Below are positions 9,758 through 19,229 of a DNA stretch of 64,000 nucleotides, one piece after another. The stretch is from IMG/VR virus record IMGVR_UViG_3300033553_000338, positions 64,001 to 128,000 of that record, one strand, 5' to 3'. The position numbers and the translations under genes were made by a program. The DNA comes from a virus. The notes under the pieces are model-generated. The model saw nothing but the letters and a program-made list of their open reading frames with translations. It ran no database searches and had not been told where the DNA came from. Numbering within the stretch: the first letter of the stretch is position 1; the number at the start of each line of letters is the position of its first letter.

Positions 9758-10404
9758 TATTTTACTTTATAAGTGTCTGTAATATAATCAACTATGGCAT
9801 CAAAATGCATCGCTGCAACATCACTTTCCCCCTGGGGAGACATAATATATCTGCAGTCGCGCTCCGTGTCCATAAAAAAATTCTCTGTTAAAACTGCAGG
9901 ACATTGGGTATTGGTGAGCATATAGAATCTTGCTTCCTTGTCATGGTCACCATCACTCAAATCAAACCGCATCCTCCAGTCTTTACCCCATTTCTCCTGG
10001 GCATTGTAGCACAGAAAAGAGGCAATGTCGTCACTCCGAGTTTTACCAGGGGAAGTGTAGCATTCCCATCCGGTTCCTCCCCCAGCATTGGCATGGATGG
10101 AGATTAAAAATGAGTCCGGAAATCTTGTGTATAGTGAGTTTGCCCTGCGTACCCGTTCCCCCAGTGAGTTATCCAGGGTAGGGAGGTGGGTGAAATAAAC
10201 CGTTGCACCGGCCATATCCAAAAGATATTTGAGCTTCATGCAGACCGTTCTGTTAAACCCCCATTCAAGAAGTTGTTTCCCATCACTCCAGACAGGGGAT
10301 CTTTTCCCTGGAGTATCCGATCCGTGACCGGCATCCAGCATAATGATTCCTTTAAAGTGTCCCAGTGGGCCATCACCACCTCTGTAGTTTCCTAATAAGT
10401 CCAT
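9757..10404 (-). CDS. N-acetylmuramoyl-L-alanine amidase (Amidase_3), probable endolysin
   Basis: MLDAGHG, LEW, ISIHANA and PAVLTENFFMD zinc-binding/catalytic motifs. Confidence 0.92.
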   Translation of the reverse strand: MDLLGNYRGGDGPLGHFKGIIMLDAGHGSDTPGKRSPVWSDGKQLLEWGFNRTVCMKLKYLLDMAGATVYFTHLPTLDNSLGERVRRANSLYTRFPDSFLISIHANAGGGTGWECYTSPGKTRSDDIASFLCYNAQEKWGKDWRMRFDLSDGDHDKEARFYMLTNTQCPAVLTENFFMDTERDCRYIMSPQGESDVAAMHFDAIVDYITDTYKVK

Positions 10405-10754
10405 ACCACCTCCGAATCAAATTCATCTTCATACAGAAACCCGTCATTCGCCAGGACCTCCGGGCTACTATCGTCACTGCTGTCGTAACAAAACCGGCAC
10501 TTAAATTTTTCTTTACCCTTCTCCAGACGATCCCTAAAGAGCCTTCGCATATCCTTTAATTTCCAGTTGTCCGGAAATTTGCTACTCTCTTTGTAAGAGT
10601 ATCCAGCCTCTGCACTCCACACTTCAAATGAGACCCACGTAGTTCCATTGAACTGGTAAATCTTCTCGGTGTATACCGCATCGGCAGCAAGTGTCTTTGC
10701 GAACTTTCTTAAATCATTTTTAAGCATTTTCTTCAATTTTATCAATAATCTCAA
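10392..10754 (-). CDS. Hypothetical protein
   Basis: ORF in operon order, preceded by the phage promoter motif at 10808-10827. Confidence 0.55.
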   Translation of the reverse strand: MRLLIKLKKMLKNDLRKFAKTLAADAVYTEKIYQFNGTTWVSFEVWSAEAGYSYKESSKFPDNWKLKDMRRLFRDRLEKGKEKFKCRFCYDSSDDSSPEVLANDGFLYEDEFDSEVVWTY

Positions 10755-10839
10755 TTGATCGAATGTATCTTCCTTTCTGCAGATCTTATTCTTACTCTAA
10801 TTTAATGATTAAATTCTATTATACGAAACTTATCTGTAT

Positions 10840-13047
10840 TTATTCTAGGGGCATAAATTCTAAATCAGAGAAAGGTACAAGGACGAATGCCGGACTTTTC
10901 CCTTGCACGTATCCCCCCGGTAATACAGCTGTGTCAAAGAACCCTGCCATTTTCCGTGTCACTGGGCCTTTGTAGGCTGTCATAGTTACAGAACTCATGT
11001 TATCTCCTTTACGAAGGGATATAAGGAATTCTTCCCTTGAACCATCATTGAGTCGTTTAGTTATAACTGCATGAATAACTATGTTTTGTGGAGCTACACC
11101 GTTAAGAACAGTAGCCCGTAATTCAGTGGTAATTGATGATTCATACTGGCCAGTTGTTACGAATCTTAAATCTACAGTAGGAGATTCCATGCCACTTGGC
11201 GTAAGCTCGCTATCGTAGTAGGTCACTCCGGACGTTTCGTAGATCAGGACAATGGCCCCTGCCGGGGTGATTAGAACATTCCCGAAATAAATGTTGGTTG
11301 CCGGCTTTGGGGTACCTTCAGATAATCCACCTACCGGTTCCTGTCCGTTGGTTCCCCGGGTGGTTGTACCCGATACCAGGTACTTGCCGGTCATGGGCAT
11401 GTACTTAACGGTGAGCCCTATATTGGTCTCTGAAAGAATTGGAAAAGCGTTATCGTATTCAAGTATTTTGATATTTTTCATATCCCCTCCAAACATTGCA
11501 AGCGTTGGAGTCTTAGGGTATGCTGTGGCGGCTCTCAAGTGATACTCAATCGTGTTGGGGATTCCGGGGATTCCAGAGTACCTGACAAAGAGGTAAAATT
11601 GATAGTTATCAGGTACATTCACATCTACCTTATCCTTAACGTACAATACCTGATTCGGGACATTGGCTGGATTGAATAGTTGAACAGTCTTGACCTTGGT
11701 TAACTCGGTATCGTAACGCACGAGTACAGGAGTGATTGTAACAGTGCCACCACCCTGATAGAATGAGGTAGTATCATCGTATCCGAAAAAGAAGGCGGCA
11801 TCTTCCTGAATATCACCACTTATTGATGATCCCTGAATTGAGGTTACCACCACACTACTATCAGTGCCCAGCAGCGGATTCTCTTCAGGGTTAGGTATAA
11901 TTATTTCCTCAGCTATCTCTGAAACAACCAAAGGTGTCAGGGCCGCGAAGTTTACTACATCCTGATTGAACACCAAATCCCCAGAAGGGGTAAAGGTTCG
12001 GTCCCCCTGGCCAAAAATGTTACGGGCATATTGCTTTGTGACGATATCGATCTCCACCACATCTTTGGATAACACCAAGGTCTTCCATTCCAGAATACCC
12101 GAATTACTAGGGATTCCTACGCGAACGCTCACATCATCATCCCAGGAACCTGCGGGGATACTCTTCTGGATCTTCCAGGTTACCGTGATGTCCGTATCCG
12201 AACTTACTGCATTGACCAGATCCGGGAAAACCGAAAAGTCCAGCTTACCCCCGGTGGATCCAATCTGCAGGTAATCGCTATTGCCGGCATACACTCCTTT
12301 ATCTGAGTGCTCCCCAAAGTGCAGGTAGGAAAATGTTCCCTGGCTTCCGGGGCTCTTCCGAAGACATACAATTGTTGAGGCTACTGCTCCGGGGAGTAAT
12401 TCCCCGTTGGCAGCATCAAATGCAAGGATTACTCCTCTGCGTCCTTTGATCTCAGCAAGATCTTCCGCAGCCCGGTCATAGTTCCCAAGGGAATCCAATA
12501 TCCTCAAGGCCGTAGGGATCTGCTCCACATCATCAACCAGAACTTCCATTTCAATACGCTCACCTGCCGGGATTACACCGGTTTCTGTGGTTGCGCTCAC
12601 CAACCATTTCTGGAACTTTGCGCTCTCACCAGCTGCTAGGGCAGGGGGGTTGATCTGGGTTATTACCCAGTAGTTGTACCATGTTACATTAAATGTGTAA
12701 CTGGTTTCCAATCCCGGGAAGTATAAAGAGAAAGTTGCCTCGTTTCCGAAGTTATCGATGCCCGGTGACCCAATGGCCCGGTCCATGACATTTACGGTAA
12801 CGGTGAGTGGCTTGTCCGGCAGGACAGCATCATCACTCAAAACCACATCATACCGGGACTCGGTATCACTCAGCTGCAGATTCACAGCCTGGCCCAGCTC
12901 CCCGGTAATGTTTACCTGGAACTCAATACGGGCAGCACCGGCAATGGTACTACGTCTTCCTTGAAATAAATTTCCGAAATTCAGACTGTAACTTGACTCA
13001 CCTGCTAATGAAAACCTTCCATCCGCAGAACTTACTGATAATACCAT
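10840..13047 (-). CDS. Large beta-rich protein, probably virion-associated
   Basis: 735 aa, V/T/G/S-rich, in the late arm; family not recognised. Confidence 0.55.
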   Translation of the reverse strand: MVLSVSSADGRFSLAGESSYSLNFGNLFQGRRSTIAGAARIEFQVNITGELGQAVNLQLSDTESRYDVVLSDDAVLPDKPLTVTVNVMDRAIGSPGIDNFGNEATFSLYFPGLETSYTFNVTWYNYWVITQINPPALAAGESAKFQKWLVSATTETGVIPAGERIEMEVLVDDVEQIPTALRILDSLGNYDRAAEDLAEIKGRRGVILAFDAANGELLPGAVASTIVCLRKSPGSQGTFSYLHFGEHSDKGVYAGNSDYLQIGSTGGKLDFSVFPDLVNAVSSDTDITVTWKIQKSIPAGSWDDDVSVRVGIPSNSGILEWKTLVLSKDVVEIDIVTKQYARNIFGQGDRTFTPSGDLVFNQDVVNFAALTPLVVSEIAEEIIIPNPEENPLLGTDSSVVVTSIQGSSISGDIQEDAAFFFGYDDTTSFYQGGGTVTITPVLVRYDTELTKVKTVQLFNPANVPNQVLYVKDKVDVNVPDNYQFYLFVRYSGIPGIPNTIEYHLRAATAYPKTPTLAMFGGDMKNIKILEYDNAFPILSETNIGLTVKYMPMTGKYLVSGTTTRGTNGQEPVGGLSEGTPKPATNIYFGNVLITPAGAIVLIYETSGVTYYDSELTPSGMESPTVDLRFVTTGQYESSITTELRATVLNGVAPQNIVIHAVITKRLNDGSREEFLISLRKGDNMSSVTMTAYKGPVTRKMAGFFDTAVLPGGYVQGKSPAFVLVPFSDLEFMPLE

Positions 13048-13053
13048 ATATTT

Positions 13054-13602
13054 TTAGTTGTTATATCCTTCTTCGTTATCCCCTCGAATTCCGCGATCCA
13101 ATCCCATCTCCATCTGAACCTTACGCTCAAGCTCGGAGATGCCATCGTCCAGGAATCCCAGGTCTTTAATCTGTTTGATTGCATCCCCAACCTTATACTT
13201 TTGCCGTCCATGATCGTCTGTTGCCATAAAATCAATCGCATCGTAGTGCTCTCGAATCTTATGCACAACATTACGGGCAGACATCAAAAGCAATGATAGG
13301 GATGTATGTAGCAATGACTTGTACTTGTACGCGGCCATGGCCATGATTGGAAAATCTACATCCTCAATAGTGAACCCACAATCCGATAAAGAGGCCATCA
13401 CTGCTTCGATCTCTGAAATATCCCGGTAAGGACCTCCATAGTTATAGGCCAGGTAGAGGAACTTGAAATACTTAAAAGGCATATCATCATTGATCGCCTT
13501 CCCATATTTAAAAAGATTCTCAAACTCTGTAACCAGCAGGATCTCGGGTACGTTGAGCTTAAACTCATCACCGGTCCACTCAAAGAATTGTACTTTTGCC
13601 AT
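13054..13602 (-). CDS. Conserved Crassvirales-type protein upstream of terL (small-terminase candidate)
   Basis: FKFLYLAYNYGGPY...LLLMSAR...ISELERKVQMEM...IRGD pattern that I recall from crAss-like packaging regions. Confidence 0.5.
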   Translation of the reverse strand: MAKVQFFEWTGDEFKLNVPEILLVTEFENLFKYGKAINDDMPFKYFKFLYLAYNYGGPYRDISEIEAVMASLSDCGFTIEDVDFPIMAMAAYKYKSLLHTSLSLLLMSARNVVHKIREHYDAIDFMATDDHGRQKYKVGDAIKQIKDLGFLDDGISELERKVQMEMGLDRGIRGDNEEGYNN

Positions 13603-14075
13603 TATTCTAAATTTCGTGCATACGTAGCGATTCCGATGCTCAACACGTCCAGCTGGCCTTCAGGGTACAAGTACTCTTCCATCCACAGCAAAGAAGTGTT
13701 CAATGTTGACAGATCCGTTCTCGGAGCCACATACGCTTTCTTTGATTTAATATTCCGGATCACTTGCCTGGACTCCGTATTCTCCAGGTTGATAAACACA
13801 TCCACATAAGTAGGGGTACCTTCTCCGGGTACTTCGAAATAAAAAACTACCCCCCGGGCACCTGGATGAGCCGTACCAGCTAACAGCAGATTTACTTCCA
13901 ACTGTAGTTTGGCCAGTACGTCAACAAAGAGCAGGTCAACTAAGACTTCCTTGGTCCACACGTAGTAGACAATTCCGGAGCCCCGTAAGGTACCGGCCTC
14001 ATCAGCTACCAGTTGCAGCTCATTGAAGTTAGTTGTTGCTATCGGATTTAGAAGCTCGGGTCTTTGTAATTTCAT
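13602..14075 (-). CDS. Hypothetical protein
   Basis: 157-aa ORF coupled to its neighbours. Confidence 0.6.
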   Translation of the reverse strand: MKLQRPELLNPIATTNFNELQLVADEAGTLRGSGIVYYVWTKEVLVDLLFVDVLAKLQLEVNLLLAGTAHPGARGVVFYFEVPGEGTPTYVDVFINLENTESRQVIRNIKSKKAYVAPRTDLSTLNTSLLWMEEYLYPEGQLDVLSIGIATYARNLE

Positions 14076-14346
14076 TTTTCAGTCGTGTGTATTCGTAGTT
14101 ATTCTCACTCAGATCTTCCTGCTCTACCAGGTCAAGATCTTTAAAGTTGAAGCGCATCTTTTGGATGGCCTCCGTGGGGGTGAACCAGATACAGTCAATC
14201 CCAATCAGCAATTTACTAAAAGGGGATTTGCCAGCCTCATCCTTTGGGTCTTCCCGCACAATCTCGTACACCATCATCAGTGGACGGTTGGGCAGTTCTT
14301 TGTTCAGCTGAACTATGTCTCCTTCTTTTAGGTACGTTGTGGCCAT
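14029..14346 (-). CDS. DUF2158/YodC-like small SH3-type protein
   Basis: EGDIVQL...PLMMV...IDCIWF...FNFKDL. Confidence 0.6.
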   Translation of the reverse strand: MATTYLKEGDIVQLNKELPNRPLMMVYEIVREDPKDEAGKSPFSKLLIGIDCIWFTPTEAIQKMRFNFKDLDLVEQEDLSENNYEYTRLKNEITKTRASKSDSNN

Positions 14347-14672
14347 AGCTCTACAGGTTCAAAGGTGAATACTAAACTTGCTGGTTCCTTGGGTACAGTG
14401 ACGTTCGACCGGTAAGTCCGGGCATACACATCATGGAGAATCAACCTCTTCTTTTTTAAAGCCGAAAGCACATTATTAAATGAGTAGGTTGACAACCCCA
14501 GTTTATTGCGTATTTCTTTACGCTCTTCACACCCAATTAAATCGTGCTTGACTATTTCACTAAGTACCATGTATTGAGTCTCCGAGAGGATATTGAAAGT
14601 TCGCAACTTCAAATACCTTAAGATGTACTCCTGCCTTGTAGCTACTGGTACTTTCACTACGTCATTAAGCAT
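14328..14672 (-). CDS. Winged-helix protein (crAss RepL-like)
   Basis: RKEIRNKLGLSTYSFNNVLSALKKKRLI HTH; typical position near the packaging genes. Confidence 0.6.
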   Translation of the reverse strand: MLNDVVKVPVATRQEYILRYLKLRTFNILSETQYMVLSEIVKHDLIGCEERKEIRNKLGLSTYSFNNVLSALKKKRLILHDVYARTYRSNVTVPKEPASLVFTFEPVELWPQRT

Positions 14673-14731
14673 CGTTTTATTTTTAATCGTTTATATTAAT
14701 ATAACGATTATATACGAAAACCCAATGGTCC

Positions 14732-15478
14732 CTACCAATATTTCCTTACAGTACGCTCGGATATCATTAAAAGCTCTGCAATATCACTCTTCCCCTTGTT
14801 CGGAAATTCAATCCTGGCCCTCTTGATGCGCTCGAAGTTGTTGAGCTTCGTGCCTACATACAGCCCCTTACCATGCTTGATGATTGTGTTCTTGGTCATG
14901 GTGCCAATCTCCCGGTCCAGGTACCCAATAGTGGGCAGCACATCGTAGTTGTGGATCCGGTAATCAAAGGAGCTCTCAGCAATCTCTTCCCTCTTCTCCG
15001 TAGAGTCCCTTAAACTCCTTGCCGCAGCCTTGGCCTTACTACGCTCGACTCCCACAAGACGCTCGATTTCATCGCTGTACCAAGTCTTCCTGAATTCACA
15101 GATAGGCTCGACTAAACGTTCACCTTCCTCAACCCACCAGATAGCAGTGTCCAGTAGACCGGGGTTATTGATCAGGGCACGTTGTACCAGGTTGTTACCC
15201 CTCCAGTTGATGATCCTCTGTCTGATTACCATGGACAGCATGAATGAATCCGCTTCCGGGTTGTTCAGCTTGAGGATCTTGAACTGCTCGGCTAGGTACA
15301 GGGTGATCGCTTCCTGGTTAATCTTGGACTCCCAACGCAGGTATGGGTAGTTCTCATAGTAGGGTAAGCCTCTCCCAATAATGGTGGTCACAGGTTCTGT
15401 AGGGTAGGGGCTCCGTGTTTTGAACCATACCGATTCTATAGATGTCTGAAGGTCTTTGTACTTAGCGGTTAAACTCAT
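14732..15478 (-). CDS. DNA-binding protein with C-terminal HTH; candidate plasmid-type replication initiator
   Basis: C-terminal SDIAELLMISERTVRKYW. Has its own host-type promoter and an adjacent inverted repeat. The Rep role is an inference. Confidence 0.4.
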   Translation of the reverse strand: MSLTAKYKDLQTSIESVWFKTRSPYPTEPVTTIIGRGLPYYENYPYLRWESKINQEAITLYLAEQFKILKLNNPEADSFMLSMVIRQRIINWRGNNLVQRALINNPGLLDTAIWWVEEGERLVEPICEFRKTWYSDEIERLVGVERSKAKAAARSLRDSTEKREEIAESSFDYRIHNYDVLPTIGYLDREIGTMTKNTIIKHGKGLYVGTKLNNFERIKRARIEFPNKGKSDIAELLMISERTVRKYW

Positions 15479-15508
15479 GTAGAGGGTTGTTTTAAAGTAG
15501 ATTACATG

Positions 15509-15539
15509 CAAATATACGAAGGAATTTCATCACTACAAA
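15509..15539 (-). promoter_or_regulatory. Consensus Bacteroidota sigma-A promoter
   Basis: Minus strand reads TTTG-N19-TATATTTG exactly. Confidence 0.75.
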
Positions 15540-15548
15540 ACACCTTTT

Positions 15549-15609
15549 GGAAAATTTGTGCAAGGTTCCCTATTAGTAATATAAATAGAGACGATTGCAC
15601 AAGTTTTCC
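15549..15609. repeat. 15-bp inverted repeat around an AT-rich core; candidate origin/operator
   Basis: GGAAAATTTGTGCAA (15549-15563) and TTGCACAAGTTTTCC (15595-15609), 1 mismatch, flanking CTATTAGTAATATAAATAG. Confidence 0.6.
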
Positions 15610-15922
15610 GGAGCCTGTTTCGGAGCATCTACCACCGTCATACCTGTCCCTTGGTTAAGTCGATAGGAGGTTAGGAGTTGGTCCATTCCGAAGCCATTTT
15701 AAAAAATGTGTGTGTTACGGCTGTGAGGAGCCCATATACCTGTAAAAACTGATTTTCGAAAATGGGAAAACACCCCCCGGGGTCTTCCCAAATAATATAC
15801 GAACGTCAACGAAAAAAAAAAACAAAGAACATAAACCCTCATGACAGGCAAGATCGCTACGCTCATAAACCCAACTCACCTTCGGTAAATAAATTTATTA
15901 ATAACCTTAAAATTAGCATGTT

Positions 15923-16540
15923 ATGAAAAAGCAAATGGAGTTTATTGCAGCGTACAACACAAGAGTTGAAGAACGTTCTTTCTCAGAAAAACTGAACGGC
16001 CTTATGCCGGGTGCAGAGTATCCGATGAAAGAGTTCTTGAGCTTTCCTGTTTCAGATGACGGGACAACAGTCCTGGACACGATGCCTTCGGGTGGTAAGG
16101 AACGGGAGTATGTGGAGTACGCTGGCAGCAAAATCTTTCTGGAATGGTTCGCAAAGAATCTCACGGAGAAGCCTGGTCAAATCATCAATGCAGACAAGGG
16201 CATCATCCATCGATGTGTACTGACTGCAGCACAAGACCTGACTGCACTTCCCGTTGGAGAGTACGTTGCAGAATTAGCAAAAGGGCCTGTGAAGGACTAC
16301 CCTACCAAGTTCATCGTATCTACTAAGCTACCGGCAGCAATCACTTGTGGTCAAGTCCTTACGGGGGGTTCACCACACTCTATTGTTGAGAGGTATAAGG
16401 AGTACTTCGGAGATGGCACAGACATCAGTCTGTTACCTCCCGAGACTTACATACCTCACGTAGTAAAGCGGGTCAATGGAGTGACGGGCAAATCATTCTT
16501 CGCTCCGGTCAACAGAGTTGCGATCATCAAATTTCAGTAG
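15923..16540 (+). CDS. Hypothetical protein, first gene of the plus-strand arm
   Basis: 205-aa ORF with AT-rich leader and a downstream terminator. Confidence 0.8.
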   Translation: MKKQMEFIAAYNTRVEERSFSEKLNGLMPGAEYPMKEFLSFPVSDDGTTVLDTMPSGGKEREYVEYAGSKIFLEWFAKNLTEKPGQIINADKGIIHRCVLTAAQDLTALPVGEYVAELAKGPVKDYPTKFIVSTKLPAAITCGQVLTGGSPHSIVERYKEYFGDGTDISLLPPETYIPHVVKRVNGVTGKSFFAPVNRVAIIKFQ

Positions 16541-16550
16541 ACTCTAAATA

Positions 16551-16583
16551 GGACTCTCACCTTCGGGTGGGAGTTTTATTTTT
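16551..16583 (+). terminator. Rho-independent terminator
   Basis: ACTCTCACC-TTCG-GGTGGGAGT stem followed by a T-run. Confidence 0.8.
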
Positions 16584-16786
16584 AGTGCAAGAACATACCT
16601 AAACCCGAACCTATCTAAACCCCTACATTCCACACAAGAACACACCCAAACCCAGCTCAACTCCGCAAGCTCCGTTGGGTACTTTATATAACCAACAGTT
16701 GTGATAGCCGATAGGCCCTACTTGCAAGGGTTTAGCCGATAGGCGTTAGGCATTAGTTATTAATCTTTAATCTGGAGGACATCAAT

Positions 16787-16993
16787 ATGTTTTACCAATT
16801 CAGACTTTCATTCTTCGTACTCTTAACAGTAGTCTTTTGTGTCGCTGCTGTAGTCCTTATGGATATCTCAGACACATTGTTTTACAGGCCTTGGGTCTCA
16901 ATCTTTCTGTTTTTGTTTGCAGTGATATTGCCCTTAGTCCCGGGAGTTATTTACGCTCTCACTTGTTCTAAAACCTTTGGAGTTAGCCGATAG
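16787..16993 (+). CDS. Small two-TM membrane protein
   Basis: Two hydrophobic stretches; GGAGG upstream. Confidence 0.6.
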   Translation: MFYQFRLSFFVLLTVVFCVAAVVLMDISDTLFYRPWVSIFLFLFAVILPLVPGVIYALTCSKTFGVSR

Positions 16994-17036
16994 GCTGCTC
17001 CTTTTTTATAATTATTTATTAAATAAATTTTTCAAG

Positions 17037-17699
17037 ATGAACAAAAATCCTTTTAGTGCATTAGCACTCGGTACTGAATTTGATCCTACAGCGGCTGGAA
17101 CTGGTTCTTATTCAAACACATTTCTTCCAGGAAGTTCTTACAAATTTTATGAGTCGAACTTGGAGGATGCTCCTTGGGGTAGAACAACGACTCCGATCAT
17201 GTTGCTGGATAACGGTGACATTTCTCATGCACGGTATGTAGCTGAGTGTATGGTTGAAGGACCTGGTGTTGTGATCAATGGTGATCATGATAATGCAAAG
17301 ATGAAGTGTTTACGCACTCCTTCATTGGCCGTTAAAGACGGTATCCCTTTCCAGTGTATGTGGGACTTTGTGTCTGCTGACATTGACAACGGAGCTTTTC
17401 CGGAAGTCATTTGTGTTGAGACCCTTCCTGTAGCTCGTCCGGTGGCTTCTATCCGTACTACCGAAGACGGTAATGCTGATTGGAATAACCTGCGTGAATT
17501 CACTGGTTTGTCTAAGGAGGAGATCCTTGCATCTGGTGTTGAGTATGTACCTGCAGTTTTACGCGCAAAGACTGGCTCGAACCCTGACAGCGTGTTTGCG
17601 AGAACTCGTACAACTTTCAAAATTGCTGATGCCAAACGTCTGCCCGTCATCGAACGTGGTGCTGATGGTAAAGCGATTGAGGTTGCAAAAGTTGAATAG
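17037..17699 (+). CDS. Hypothetical protein
   Basis: ATG 17037 (MNKNPFS) after an AT-rich leader; followed by a terminator. Confidence 0.8.
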   Translation: MNKNPFSALALGTEFDPTAAGTGSYSNTFLPGSSYKFYESNLEDAPWGRTTTPIMLLDNGDISHARYVAECMVEGPGVVINGDHDNAKMKCLRTPSLAVKDGIPFQCMWDFVSADIDNGAFPEVICVETLPVARPVASIRTTEDGNADWNNLREFTGLSKEEILASGVEYVPAVLRAKTGSNPDSVFARTRTTFKIADAKRLPVIERGADGKAIEVAKVE

Positions 17700-17739
17700 A
17701 CTTACCTCATAATGTGTTAATTCTTTATTTACCACTGAT

Positions 17740-17772
17740 AGGAGATCCTTTATTGGGTCTCCTTTCTTTTTT
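17740..17772 (+). terminator. Rho-independent terminator
   Basis: AGGAGATCC-TTTATT-GGGTCTCCT plus T-run. Confidence 0.75.
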
Positions 17773-17860
17773 AACTCAGATGATGTTCCTTTGGCCTGAG
17801 TATAAATTAGCCATAAATACAAGGAGTGCATGGTATCTTAAACTCAAAAACTTATTTGTT

Positions 17861-18052
17861 ATGGAGAAATTCAGGTTTCATTTAGACGTAGAGGATCCCA
17901 AAGATTTAGAATTGATATCCTCTGTGTACCTTCACCCTGATGTGAAAAAGGGATTTTCGGATAGGGATTGTGCCAACATCTTTATATCTAAGAGAAAACC
18001 CTACCTATATGGATTTAACGAGAGTGGTTGTGTACGATGTGACCACAAGTAA
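17861..18052 (+). CDS. Hypothetical protein
   Basis: ATG 17861 within the track ORF. Confidence 0.5.
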   Translation: MEKFRFHLDVEDPKDLELISSVYLHPDVKKGFSDRDCANIFISKRKPYLYGFNESGCVRCDHK

Positions 18053-18058
18053 AAACTT

Positions 18059-18349
18059 TTGAGTTTCCCCGGAGATAGTATCAATGGGTGGATTCTCTTT
18101 AATACCTTTGCAGATATGGAAAATAAAAAACGTTTAGGTTTCACCAGCTTCATCCCTGAGGCCTTTTTAGGTGAGGATGGAAAGGTGTGGAATAAGGTAC
18201 AAGGTGGTAACTGGTTACTCAAAGATAATTGGATTCGTGGTGTTATTAAGATCGAACCCTTGGCCGATAGCACCATTAAGGTATGGTGGTTGAATGAAGG
18301 TGAACCAGATTGGGAACCGTTCACCATTTACCGTGGCATTCTGGAGTAA
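18059..18349 (+). CDS. Hypothetical Trp-rich protein
   Basis: ORF in operon order. Confidence 0.6.
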   Translation: MSFPGDSINGWILFNTFADMENKKRLGFTSFIPEAFLGEDGKVWNKVQGGNWLLKDNWIRGVIKIEPLADSTIKVWWLNEGEPDWEPFTIYRGILE

Positions 18350-18492
18350 TTTTGTATAAAACTTCTTAATCTACAACATCGATAGAGATATTTTTATATC
18401 TTCGCAACCATCAATCAAAATGGTGTGTTTTCGATGTTGTTGATTATGAAGTAATTGACGAAACACAGTTTTTACACACTAAGACGTATCGT

Positions 18493-18675
18493 ATGGAATC
18501 GAATGATAAGAAGTTTCAAGAATCCGTTATGGAGGACATTCTGGAGTTGCAAGATTACCCAGACCACCCAATGTGGGATCATCTGTTACTCCGAAACGCT
18601 TTTTGGGCTAAGTCATATAGAGCCAATGCGTTAGACGGTGGTAGAGAGAAGTTAATTTGTGTGAGTGTGAATTGA
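18493..18675 (+). CDS. Hypothetical protein
   Basis: Short ORF. Confidence 0.45.
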   Translation: MESNDKKFQESVMEDILELQDYPDHPMWDHLLLRNAFWAKSYRANALDGGREKLICVSVN

Positions 18676-18941
18676 ATGTGTGGTGACGGTGCTTACACGG
18701 GCTCCCAACACCCCTAATTCACCAATTCCGAAACAACCCTCAAAATAGCTGTAAGGCTGTAATACAACCTTGCATAGGCCATTAAAGTGGGTAGTTATTC
18801 TGGGCACAATATTCAGGTGTGTGTACACAAAAGTCAAACGGGTTCGCGGGCTTTTGACGAGTTTTCGACTGTTTTTGACACACCTATAATGGAGCGTAAT
18901 TATACCAGTATTAATAAGCAAACTTCCCTTAATAGGGTAGA

Positions 18942-19151
18942 ATGCTCAACCAATCGACTATGAAACAATTGAACACTTGCACTGACGTTAATCGTAACAA
19001 GTCTTTGACGGAGATCGAGGATGAAAGTCGTACTCATATTATCCATGCACCTTACATGCAGGAGGATCAGTATTACTCTCTTAAGCAAAAGCGGACCAAC
19101 CACGAGAGGCAACCTTCAAGGTTTGGTAAACGCAACAACAGGAAGAAATAG
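18942..19151 (+). CDS. Hypothetical basic protein
   Basis: Short ORF with a basic C-terminus. Confidence 0.5.
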   Translation: MLNQSTMKQLNTCTDVNRNKSLTEIEDESRTHIIHAPYMQEDQYYSLKQKRTNHERQPSRFGKRNNRKK

Positions 19152-19167
19152 TTTTACATCAATCACA

Positions 19168-19187
19168 TTTGTATAACACTTCTTAAT
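19168..19187 (+). promoter_or_regulatory. Recurrent phage promoter motif TT(T/C)GTATAA-N6-TTAAT (representative copy)
   Basis: Copies at 2657-2676(-), 10808-10827(-), 18351, 19168, 28327, 29347, 38660, 46011 and 60139, all upstream of gene or RNA starts. Confidence 0.7.
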
Positions 19188-19229
19188 GCCTAAAACTTTT
19201 TGGTGTTTCGGAGTTAAATCCATCACATT

